A stretch of DNA of 64,000 nt from an uncultured delta proteobacterium (GTDB lineage: Bacteria; Myxococcota; Kuafuiibacteriia; Kuafuiibacteriales; Kuafuiibacteriaceae): contig CAWDML010000009.1 of assembly GCA_963803435.1 (NCBI GenBank), positions 1 to 64,000 of the forward strand, written 5' to 3'. Below the pieces are notes generated by a model that made no database searches, was not told where the DNA came from, and worked only from the letters and a program-made list of their open reading frames with translations. Below, piece after piece: positions 55,233 to 64,000 of the stretch. The first letter of the stretch is position 1, and every line of letters begins with the position of its first letter. Made by a program: the position numbers and the translations under genes.

Positions 55233-56759
55233 ATGCGACTGGGGATCGATTTCGGAACCACTCGGACCGTCGTTGCCCTCCGAGACGGCGGCAACTTTCC
55301 GATCCTCTCGTTCGTCCCATCCTCCGGACAACCGATCGAGCATTACCCGACGCTGGTCGTCGAGCGCGAGGGGGAGCTCGCTTACGGCCTCGACGCGCTG
55401 GAGCGGATGGAGACGCCGGGCTGGTCGCTGGTCCGCTCGTTCAAGCGCTTCCTCTCGGCGCCCGGTGCCACGCCGGATCTCCGCATCCCGATCGGATCGA
55501 CGGAGCGCACTCTGCTCGAGCTGTCGACGGGCTTCCTGTCGGCGCTGCGGAAGGACCTCTTCGAGCGCTCGAACCTGCCCAAGCGAATGAAGAAGCACGA
55601 CCCACTCGAGGCCATCGTGGCCACGCCCGCCAACGCGCACAACGCGCAGCGGTTCGTCACGATCGAGGCCTTCCGGGCCGCCGGATTCGAGGTCGTGGCG
55701 CTGATGAACGAGCCCTCGGCGGCGGGCGTCGAATACGCCCACCGCTACGAGTCGACCCTTACGGCGAAGCGCGAGAACGTGCTGGTCTACGATCTGGGCG
55801 GCGGTACCTTCGACGCTTCGATCGTCCACATGCGCGGCAAGACGCACGACGTGCTGGCGACCCGCGGCGTGCAGGAGCTGGGCGGCGACGACTTCGATCG
55901 CGTGCTGCTCGACCTGGCGCTCTCTCAGCTCGGCGTGGACGCGGACGCGCTCGATCCTTCGGTGCGCGATCGCCTGCTCGATCATTGCCGCCAGCAGAAG
56001 GAGTCGCTCAACCCCAACTCGCGGCGGGTCTCGATCGAGGTGGGCGAGTACCTGAAGGCGGCCGATGGCGCCTCGATCGCCGTCTCGACCAGCGAGTACT
56101 ACGACGCGTGCCTGCCGCTGGTGGAGCGAACGCTCGAGGTGCTCGAGTCGCTCCTCGAGCGCGAGGCGCCGATCGACGAGGTCGCGGGGCTGTACGTGGT
56201 GGGCGGCGCGAGCTCCCTGCCGGTGGTGGCGCGACGTCTCAAGGAGGTCTACGGGCGGCGCGTGCACCGCTCGGTCTATCCCTCCGCCGCCACCGCGATC
56301 GGGCTGGCGATCGCGTTCGACGAGCACTCGGCGTACGCGGTCAACGATCGGTTCAGCCGGCACTTCGGCGTGTTTCGCGAGGGCGCCGCCGGCGCCGCGG
56401 TCACGTTCGATCCGATCTTCGCGGCCGACCGAGCCCTCCCCGCTCCGGGGCAGCCGGTGACCATCGAGCGTCGCACCTACCGACCGGTCCACAACGTCGG
56501 GCACTTCCGCTACGTCGAGTGCGGCTGGCTCGACGCTCGGGGCGAGCCGTCCAGCGAGATCACGCCCTTCGCCGACGTCCGCTTCCCCTTCGATCCCACG
56601 CTGCGGGACTTCGATCTGTCGCAGATCCCGATCGAGCGGACCGGCGCCGAGGGCCCGCTGATCGAGGAGCGGTACACGGTGGACGCCGCCGGGATCGTCA
56701 CGCTCGAGATCGTGGATCTGGAGAGCGGCTTCGCCGAGAACTTTCGGCTCACGCGGTGA
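55233..56759 (+). CDS. Hsp70-family ATPase
   Basis: GIDFGTT, NEPSAA, DLGGGTFD, LGGDDFD, VGGAS; short non-canonical C-terminus. Confidence 0.88.
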   Translation: MRLGIDFGTTRTVVALRDGGNFPILSFVPSSGQPIEHYPTLVVEREGELAYGLDALERMETPGWSLVRSFKRFLSAPGATPDLRIPIGSTERTLLELSTGFLSALRKDLFERSNLPKRMKKHDPLEAIVATPANAHNAQRFVTIEAFRAAGFEVVALMNEPSAAGVEYAHRYESTLTAKRENVLVYDLGGGTFDASIVHMRGKTHDVLATRGVQELGGDDFDRVLLDLALSQLGVDADALDPSVRDRLLDHCRQQKESLNPNSRRVSIEVGEYLKAADGASIAVSTSEYYDACLPLVERTLEVLESLLEREAPIDEVAGLYVVGGASSLPVVARRLKEVYGRRVHRSVYPSAATAIGLAIAFDEHSAYAVNDRFSRHFGVFREGAAGAAVTFDPIFAADRALPAPGQPVTIERRTYRPVHNVGHFRYVECGWLDARGEPSSEITPFADVRFPFDPTLRDFDLSQIPIERTGAEGPLIEERYTVDAAGIVTLEIVDLESGFAENFRLTR

Positions 56760-57760
56760 TCGAGCTCGACGGTGCGGCCGGCGAGGGCGGCGGCCAGATC
56801 CTGCGGAGCGCGCTCGCACTCTCCATCGTCACGGGCAAAGCGGTGCGGATCCGGAACATCCGCGCCCGGCGCGAGAAGCCCGGCCTGCTCCGCCAGCACC
56901 TGACCGCCGTCCAGGCGGCGGCGAAGATCTCGGGTGCCGAGGTCGACGGTGCGCGGCTGCGATCGCAGGTGATCACGTTCTGTCCCGGGCCCGTGCGGGC
57001 CGGCGAGTACCGTTTCGACATCGGCACGGCCGGCAGCGCCACGCTGGTGCTGCAGACGATCCTGTTGCCGCTGCTCGCGGCCGAGGCGCCCTCGCGCGCG
57101 GTTATCACCGGAGGCACGTGCAACGACAAGGCGCCGCCCTACGAGTTCCTGGCGCGGACGTTTCTGCCGGTGCTCGCGAGGATGGGGGCGGACGTCCGCG
57201 TGAATCTGGTGCGCCACGGCTTCTATCCGGCGGGAGGGGGCGAGCTCGCCGCCGAGATCACGCCCCGAAAGCTCGGCCGGCTGGAGCTCGTCGAGATCGA
57301 TCCCGGGCGCCGGGTCACCGCGAAGATCCTCCTGGCGAAGCTCCCCCGGCGGATCGCGGAGCAGGAGCTCGCGGTATTGGAGCGCCGCCTGACCCTGAAC
57401 GAGCGCGCGATCGACGAAGACGATCGCGGGAGCGGTCCGGGCAACGCCGTCTTCGTCGCGGTGGAGAGCGGCTCGATCACCGAGGTGGCCACCGGCTTCG
57501 GGGCGCGGGGCATCTCGGGGACGAGGGTGGCCATGCAGGCGGCCGACGAGGCCGAGCGCTACCTGGCGGCCGAGGTGCCGGTCGGCGAGCACCTGGCGGA
57601 TCAGCTCCTGCTCCCGATGGCGCTGGGCGAGGGCGGCCGGTTCCTCACGCTCCCGCCGACGCTGCACACCCGGACCAACATCGAGATCCTGAAGAGGTTC
57701 CTGTCGGTTCCGATCGCGGTCAGCGAACTGGGTTCCAAAGCAGAGATCTCCGTAGGCTGA
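56756..57760 (+). CDS. rtcA: RNA 3'-terminal phosphate cyclase
   Basis: GEGGGQILRSAL, PGLLRQHL, GFYPAGGG, HLADQL, HTRTN. Confidence 0.95.
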   Translation: MIELDGAAGEGGGQILRSALALSIVTGKAVRIRNIRARREKPGLLRQHLTAVQAAAKISGAEVDGARLRSQVITFCPGPVRAGEYRFDIGTAGSATLVLQTILLPLLAAEAPSRAVITGGTCNDKAPPYEFLARTFLPVLARMGADVRVNLVRHGFYPAGGGELAAEITPRKLGRLELVEIDPGRRVTAKILLAKLPRRIAEQELAVLERRLTLNERAIDEDDRGSGPGNAVFVAVESGSITEVATGFGARGISGTRVAMQAADEAERYLAAEVPVGEHLADQLLLPMALGEGGRFLTLPPTLHTRTNIEILKRFLSVPIAVSELGSKAEISVG

Positions 57761-57799
57761 CGGCTTGATCCCTCCGCCGGGTGCTGCGAGTCAGAGGGC

Positions 57800-60084
57800 A
57801 TGCGTGCGCTCGTGTGTGTCTTGCTGGCGGCCTGCAGCGGCGATCCGGAGGTCGCACCGGACGGGTTCGACCCGGCTGCGATCTTCGAGGTGAAGGCGCA
57901 CACGTACTCGGTCGCGGATGCGCTGTTTCTGTCCGAGGTGCCGACGCTGTTTCGAACGGAGGACCTCCTGCCGAGCCTCGACGTGCACGCCCTCGCGATC
58001 GACGGGGACACGGTGTTCGCAGGGACCGAGGGCGGGCTGATGAGGACGACGCTGGCGGGGGCGGCCTTCGAGGCGGTGAATGGGATCGACGGGCCGGTCG
58101 TCGATCTGGCGGTGCGGGACCGGGTGCTGACCGCGGCCGGTCGCGACCGCGTCTATCGGATGACCGAGGCCGGCGTCGAGTCGTGGCCCGCGTCCACCTC
58201 GAGCATCACCTCGATCGCAGTGGTGGGGAGCGAGGTCTTCGTGGGTGCCGCGGACGGTCTGTTCCTCGCGAGCGCCGCGGGTACCAGCTCGGTGTCGGCC
58301 GTGGGTCCGGTGGCGATCCGTGATCTGGCAGCGTCCGGCGGCGTGCTCTACCTCGCGACCGCTTCCGGGATCTCGCGCCTGTCCCTCGCGGACCGCGGCC
58401 TGCTGGCGCCGATCTCGATCGCCGATCCCGATGTGCGGGCGCTGGCGGTGTCGGACGCCGGCGAGGTGCTGGCGGCCTGCGCCACCGGGCTGGCGCGGCT
58501 CCAAGGCGACGCCGCGACGATCGAGCGGGCGGGCCTCGACGGTCTGCCCGAGGAGGACCTGACGTCGATGGTCGAGTCCGGCGGCACGGTCATGATCGGA
58601 CATGCGATCGGCGCCACCGTGATCGGGGCCAAGACCGAGCACTACCACTCGCTGCGCTGGATCCCGGACGAGCGCGTCACCGCGGTGGCGCTCGCCGGCG
58701 ACGGGTCGCGCTGGATCGGGACGCCGGGTGGCGTCTCGCGGATCGCGTATCGCGAGACCACGCTGGCCGAGAAGGCGGAGCTCGACGAGGCGCTGCTTCA
58801 GGAGCGCCACTGGCGCATGGACGGGTTCATCGACGACAACGTCGGCTTCGACGACGCCTGGGACCAGTCGCAGGGGCTCCACACCGGGGATCACGACAAC
58901 GACGGGCTCTGGACCGAGATGCAGGTCGGCAGCTGGTGCTACGCGTATGCGGTCACGGGCGAGGAGCGCTTCTACGAGTCGGCGCGCAAGGCGATGGACG
59001 TGATGATGTTGCAGGTGCGAGATGCCCAGGCGTGACGTTCGAGGCGGCGGGGAGAAAGCGCGGCTTCATCACGCGCTCGCTCGTGCGCGACGACGAGGGT
59101 GAGGTCTTCGACAGCAAGGCGACGCAGTCGAACTGGCACCTCCAGGAGTACGAGGGGCACCAGTACTACTGGAAGGACGACACCAGCTCGGACGAGTACG
59201 CCGGCCACTTCTTCGGGGTCCCACTCTTCTACGATCTCTGCGCCAAGAGCGAGGCGGAGAAGGAGGAGCTCCGGGAGTGGGCGCGCGAGACAGTCGACTA
59301 CCTGATCGACGGCGATTACGTCCTGATCGACCTGGACGGTGAGCAGACCAGCTTCGGGTACTGGCAGAACCTCGGTGTGGCCTGGAACGGGCTCGACCAC
59401 TGCACCGAGAAGTATGGGCCCGACTTCATCGACGAGTGCATCGGCTCGCGGCACGGGCAGGGCTGGTTGAACTCGGCGGAGATCCTGGGGCACCTACTCG
59501 CGACATGGCACATGACCGGCGACCAGAAGTACTACGACGAGTACGAGCGGCTCGCGATCGACGAGCACTACCTCGACATGATCAAGGTCATCGACGACAC
59601 CTTCACGGTGACGAAGCCGGCGATCGCGAATCACTCCGACCACGAGCTGGCGATGCTCGCGTACATCACCTTGCTCCGCTACGAGCCGAACCCCGAGCGA
59701 CGCGAGCAAATCGTGCAGTCGCTGCTCGATTTCTACAGATACGAGCGCGAAGAGCACAATCCCTGGCAGGTGGCGGTGATCGGCGGTGCCTATGCGGACG
59801 ACGTGGATCTGGACGGTGCGATCACGACGCTTCGCGACATGCCGAACGACTGGCGGGAGTGGCGCTACGACAACGGGCACCGCAAGGACGCCAAGCGCAA
59901 CGGGATCGACCGGCACGGCAATCCGCAGTTTGCACGGGTGTTTCCGTACGACGAGATCCGGGCGATGAAGTGGAACACGAGCCCGTACGCCGTGGCGGAC
60001 GGTGGGAGCGGGCGCCAAGTTCTCGCGCCCACGCCCTACCTGATCGCATACTGGACGCTGCGCTATCACAACCTGATCGAATGA
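57800..60084 (+). pseudogene. Lipoprotein (beta-propeller + alpha-helical catalytic-like domain), split by one frameshift near 59010-59035
   Basis: Lipobox LAA-C; DNDGLWT in the first frame; WKDDTSSDEYAGH, NHSDHEL, YWTLRY in the next frame; may be a sequencing error. Confidence 0.65.
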
Positions 60085-60097
60085 GGAGGAGGATGTC

Positions 60098-60655
60098 GTG
60101 CGCCTTCATGTGATCCTGGGATTGATCCTGGCCGGCCAGCAAGCGCCCCCGCCTCCGTCTCCGAGCGGGCCCGACGAGCCGACGGTCGGCGACGCCGACC
60201 TGGAGAAGGCGCTCAACGCCGACGCGCTCGGCGCCTCGGTCGTCACTGTCAGCTCCTCGGGAGACCTGGTGATCTTCGAGGGTGCGATCACGATCCCCTC
60301 GGAGCGGCCGAGCGTGGAGGAGTGCGGTGAGCTCATGTCGATGCCGCCGAAGCAGCGCCCGCAGCTGCTCAGCGAGCTGCGGAAGAAGGCGGACACCGAG
60401 GCCTACCGCCGCGGGATGTCGCAGCGCGAACGGATGACGTACGTGCAGAAGGCCCTCGAGCCCAAGCGCGAGTGCATGGTCCTATTCAAGCGCAAGTGCG
60501 ACGAGATCCGCGAGCGCGTCCCGCTGGAGGCGCGCAAGGCCGCGGTGGTCGACGCGCGCAAGGCGATCGATCGCCTGCTGGCTGAGGAGCGGGTCAAGAA
60601 GCGGATCCAGGGCTATCTGGCCAACATCATCGCCGAGTGTCCTCTCGAGCAATGA
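60098..60655 (+). CDS. Secreted hypothetical protein
   Basis: GGAGGAGG RBS, hydrophobic N-terminus. Confidence 0.6.
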   Translation: MRLHVILGLILAGQQAPPPPSPSGPDEPTVGDADLEKALNADALGASVVTVSSSGDLVIFEGAITIPSERPSVEECGELMSMPPKQRPQLLSELRKKADTEAYRRGMSQRERMTYVQKALEPKRECMVLFKRKCDEIRERVPLEARKAAVVDARKAIDRLLAEERVKKRIQGYLANIIAECPLEQ

Positions 60656-61202
60656 GCCGCAGGGCTGCCGGCGGGATCGGATCGGACAGCACGATCCGCG
60701 GGTCGGCGCTCCGATAGAACCCGGCGCCGGCGGCGCGCGCCTCCTCCACCAGCACCTCGAGCAGCGCCACGTCGGCGCTCTTGCGCCGCGCGGCCTCGAT
60801 CGTGATCGCACGATCGTAGGAGAGGTGGACCTTCTGCCGCGACATCGGCTGCAACCCGTCCTGCAGGATCGCATCGACGGCGACGCGGGGCGCGCCGTGA
60901 TAGAGCGGCGCCTTCGGGACCACCGGGTCGAGCTCGGCGATGGGGATGCTGTGTCCGTGCCCGGCGCGCACGTAGTCGCCCTCGAGCTCGAAACGTCGCT
61001 TCTGCTCACCGAAGGCGGGCTCGGCCAGCTCCTCGAGATCGAAGGCGGTCACGGTGAAGCCCAGGGCTGCGGTGGCCGCCTGGACCACCGCCTCCACCGG
61101 CGCGGCGCCCCGCGGATCGAGCGTGAGGCCCGCGTCCTCCGGCGTGTGGCGGAGGATGTAGGAGAGATACTTCGAGAGGCGTCGCCTGCGTTCAGCGTCC
61201 AC
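60627..61202 (-). CDS. kptA: RNA 2'-phosphotransferase (Tpt1/KptA)
   Basis: SKYLSYILRH, KRRF, RAGHGHS, LYHG, GLQPMSRQKVHLS. Confidence 0.92.
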   Translation of the reverse strand: MDAERRRRLSKYLSYILRHTPEDAGLTLDPRGAAPVEAVVQAATAALGFTVTAFDLEELAEPAFGEQKRRFELEGDYVRAGHGHSIPIAELDPVVPKAPLYHGAPRVAVDAILQDGLQPMSRQKVHLSYDRAITIEAARRKSADVALLEVLVEEARAAGAGFYRSADPRIVLSDPIPPAALRLIAREDTRR

Positions 61203-62151
61203 GTCGTCGGCTCCACACTACGGCGGCGAGCAACCCGATCACCAGCGCGGGCGTGCCCGCCGAGCGCCTGCGCCGCGAGCACGTCGAGCACCCGCACCCG
61301 GAGGCCGCGCCGCTCGGCTCGGGTGACGTCGAGACGGCGGCGTCGCGGAGGCCGGGTCCGGCGTCGGGCCGCGGGTCGGCGTCGCGTACGCCGGCGTCGC
61401 GACCCGGGATGAAGTGGGTGATCAGGAGGAAGTATTTGCAGTAGGCCGTGAAGCTCCCAGTGTCGTCGGTGATCACCGCGCGAACGGTCCAGTCCATCTC
61501 CGGGAGGTCGTGCGTGTCCCAGACGAACGCGCCGGTGCTGGTCGCGGCGAGGCCGTCGGCGATCACGGTGAAGTCGGAGCCGTCGAGCGTGGTGCCGGCC
61601 TCCAGTCGAACGGTCGCCGGCCCGTTGGGCGCGAACGTCTCGTAGCGAAGCTCGTAGTGATCGTCCGAGTAGCTGATGTTGGTGCTAGGTCGAGTGATCC
61701 GAATCGATGGGCCGATCGGATCGCCGGCGTGCTGAACGTTGATCGGCGCCGGGGAGAAGCTGATGTAGATCGGCGATACGATCGGCTCCGGGGGATCGTT
61801 GACGCGCGACCAGATCCAGTAGGTCCCGGACGGCAGCGCGCGCGTGTCCCAGACCAGCTCGTCGGTCGTGTCGTACTCCGGAATGCCCTGGGCGATCGGC
61901 GTGCCGGTCAGCGTGCTCGGGATGGCGCCGAGGAAGAAGGTCGGGGGCATCTGTTCGACGTAGTAGAGGTCGACGGTGGCGGTGCCCGTCGGGATGGGAC
62001 GGTCTGCGTCGATCCACGTGATCACGAAGTCGGTGTCCGCCGTCGTCCCGAGCAGGTCGGGCGAGGTGACCTTCGCCTCCGCCGGATTTCCGCCGTGGGC
62101 GTAGGCGAGCCCAGGTACGGCGGCGGCGAGGATCCCGAACAGAATCCTCAT
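61192..62151 (-). CDS. Secreted protein with a MYXO-CTERM-like tail
   Basis: Signal peptide; two Ig-like repeats (WDT..LP); C-terminal SGCGCS, hydrophobic stretch, RRR. Confidence 0.75.
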   Translation of the reverse strand: MRILFGILAAAVPGLAYAHGGNPAEAKVTSPDLLGTTADTDFVITWIDADRPIPTGTATVDLYYVEQMPPTFFLGAIPSTLTGTPIAQGIPEYDTTDELVWDTRALPSGTYWIWSRVNDPPEPIVSPIYISFSPAPINVQHAGDPIGPSIRITRPSTNISYSDDHYELRYETFAPNGPATVRLEAGTTLDGSDFTVIADGLAATSTGAFVWDTHDLPEMDWTVRAVITDDTGSFTAYCKYFLLITHFIPGRDAGVRDADPRPDAGPGLRDAAVSTSPEPSGAASGCGCSTCSRRRRSAGTPALVIGLLAAVVWSRRRGR

Positions 62152-62197
62152 GGCGGGGACTGTACCTGTTCGCCGCGCAGGCTTGACACCGAATACT

Positions 62198-62216
62198 GAT
62201 TATGATTCTCATTCTC
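62198..62216 (+). promoter_or_regulatory. Fur box
   Basis: GATTATGATTCTCATTCTC, 15/19 to GATAATGATAATCATTATC; TTGACA at 62183. Confidence 0.75.
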
Positions 62217-62220
62217 ATTA

Positions 62221-63378
62221 ATGATGCGGGGCGCATGGGTGGGGCTGATGGGCGTGCTGGTCGCTTGTGGCGGCTCAGAACCGGCTCCGGGCGATCTGAT
62301 CGTCGTCTCCGAGGACGCGTTCGGGGTGCCGGTGGCCGGGCTCGACCGCGAGATGCGGGATCGCTTCGACCTGGGGGATGCGCGCTTCGAGACCAGCCTG
62401 CGTCCGGCCCAGGGCCTCGGCCCCCTGTATATCCGCTCGGCGTGCTCCGCCTGCCACCGCGGCGACGGCAAGGGTCCGGGCGGTGTCACGAAGATGGTGC
62501 TGGTCGAGCCCGACGGCGTGACGCCGAAGGCGGATCAGTCGGCGCTGGCGTTCGGCCACACCGTGCGCCCCGAGCTCGCGGCCGGAGCGACCATCCCCAT
62601 CGACGCGCCCGAGGTCGACGGCATCAAGGTCAGCCGTCGGATCGGTCCGGCGGTCGTGGGGCGGGGCGCGATGGAGGCGATCGCAGACGAAGAGATCGAG
62701 CGGATCGAGGCCGAGCAGCGCGCGCGGGGCGACGCGATCCATGGGCGAATCAATCGGATCGATGGAAGGATCGGACGATTCGGCGTGAAGGCGAGGATCG
62801 TGACCGTCGAGGACTTCGTCGCCGACGCCTACCAGGGTGACATGGGGATGACGTCGCCCATCCGTCCCGACGAGCTCGAGAATCCGGAGGGGCTCGTCGA
62901 TGACGACAAGCCCGGCGTCGATCTCGAGCTCGAGACGTTGGAGCTGGTCGCCGACTACGTGCGGCTGCTCGCGATTCCGCGCCGCGCCTCCACCGATGCG
63001 GCAGCACAGGAGCTCTTCGATCGGATCTGCGCGTCGTGCCACGTGCCGTCGCTGAGGACGGACGATGACTACCCGATCGCTGCGCTCGCCGGGATCGACG
63101 CTCCGGTCTACACGGATCTCTTGGTCCACGACATGGGAGGGGACCTGGCCGACGGCCTCGCGGAGCAGGGGGCCGGGCCGCGCGACTGGCGTACGGCGCC
63201 GTTGATCGGGCTGCGCCATCAGAAGACGTACTTACACGACGGGAGAGCCGCGACGGTGGAAGAGGCGATCCTGATGCACGAGGGCGAAGGGTCGGAGGCG
63301 AACGATGCGGTGGCGGCGTTCGAGGCGCTCGGCGACGATGATCGCGTTCGCCTCCTCGAGCTCGTCGGCTCGCTTTGA
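62221..63378 (+). CDS. Di-heme oxidoreductase (DHOR) family lipoprotein
   Basis: GLGPLY...CSACH, GRFGVKA, CASCH, YTDLLVHDMG, WRTAPL, YLHDGRA. Confidence 0.9.
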   Translation: MMRGAWVGLMGVLVACGGSEPAPGDLIVVSEDAFGVPVAGLDREMRDRFDLGDARFETSLRPAQGLGPLYIRSACSACHRGDGKGPGGVTKMVLVEPDGVTPKADQSALAFGHTVRPELAAGATIPIDAPEVDGIKVSRRIGPAVVGRGAMEAIADEEIERIEAEQRARGDAIHGRINRIDGRIGRFGVKARIVTVEDFVADAYQGDMGMTSPIRPDELENPEGLVDDDKPGVDLELETLELVADYVRLLAIPRRASTDAAAQELFDRICASCHVPSLRTDDDYPIAALAGIDAPVYTDLLVHDMGGDLADGLAEQGAGPRDWRTAPLIGLRHQKTYLHDGRAATVEEAILMHEGEGSEANDAVAAFEALGDDDRVRLLELVGSL

Positions 63379-63393
63379 TCACACGGAGGCCAT

Positions 63394-64000
63394 GTGCGGT
63401 TGGATAGGCTAAATCTCTTCGCGTCGGTGCTGCTCCTCAGCGCTTGTGGCAGCGGTACGCCGGACGAGGCGGAGCTGGAGCAGCGGGCGCTCTCCGGCGT
63501 GAAGAAGGACGTCCAGACTGAGCTCGACAACCTCCACGCCGCTGCGGTCGCCCTTCAGGCCGCAGCACCGGCGCCCGACGCGGACGGCTGGAACGCGCAG
63601 GCGGACCCCGCGGCGGTCGCGGCGATGAAGACCGAGTGGGCCAAGGCGCGGGTCGCGTACGAGCGGGTCGAGGGCGCGATCGCGGTGCTCTTCCCCAATC
63701 TCGACGTCTCGACCGACGAGCGCTACGACGGCTTCCTCGAAGCCGGCGGGGACGACGACCTCTTCGACGGCGAGGGCGTGACCGGCATCCATGCGATCGA
63801 GCGGATCCTCTGGGCGGACAGTATCCCTCCCGAGGTCCTCGCGTTCGAGGAGTCGCTCCCCGGCTATCGCGCGGCCGCGTTCCCGGCGACGCAGGCGGAG
63901 GCGGAGGCGTTCAAGAACGAGCTGGCCGCCCGGCTGGTGGACGACACGCAGACGATGGTGGACGGCTTCGCGCCGCTCGCGCTCGATCCGGCGACCGCCT
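63394..64000 (+). CDS. Imelysin/EfeO-like iron-uptake lipoprotein (partial)
   Basis: GGAGG RBS, lipobox LSA-C, WAKARVAYERVEG, TGIHAIERILW. Confidence 0.85.
   Translation, partial: MRLDRLNLFASVLLLSACGSGTPDEAELEQRALSGVKKDVQTELDNLHAAAVALQAAAPAPDADGWNAQADPAAVAAMKTEWAKARVAYERVEGAIAVLFPNLDVSTDERYDGFLEAGGDDDLFDGEGVTGIHAIERILWADSIPPEVLAFEESLPGYRAAAFPATQAEAEAFKNELAARLVDDTQTMVDGFAPLALDPATA

Noticed and set aside
55985-56755. N-terminal extension of RtcA
   Set aside because: Alternate-frame overlap of the Hsp70 gene; the RtcA motif starts at GTG 56756

Overview
GC-rich DNA, probably Myxococcota (MYXO-CTERM-like tail, Ser/Thr kinases, DUF1552/DUF1592 pair, ECF/FecR-TPR module). Bases 1-17782 are one end of a genomic island bounded by a tyrosine integrase and tRNA-Asp(GTC). 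The island holds nested mobile elements: a TGT-ended Mu/Tn552-like transposon with two ATPases; an IS21 split by an IS630; an IS3 transposase split at its conserved Tyr-Asn codons by a large-serine-recombinase element and cut again at its QSNG motif by a DUF5372 element; and an atypical convergent IS66 with an 8-bp TSD inside that DUF5372 gene. The rest is mostly core or accessory chromosome: DUF2760 plus two Hsp70-like genes, prolyl oligopeptidase, Rieske oxygenase, tRNA-Val, lon, gluQ, an ECF sigma module with a duplicated promoter motif, a peptidoglycan-binding/annexin-like protein, Hsp70-rtcA, kptA and a Fur-box DHOR-imelysin locus. Two copies of an IS1182-derived element stand out. Each has ~65-bp inverted ends containing hexamer repeats, carries a four-helix-bundle (IVS/Avd-like) gene and abuts a CTAG stop codon. 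All family calls come from motif recognition by eye, not database searches. Several frameshifts may be sequencing errors.
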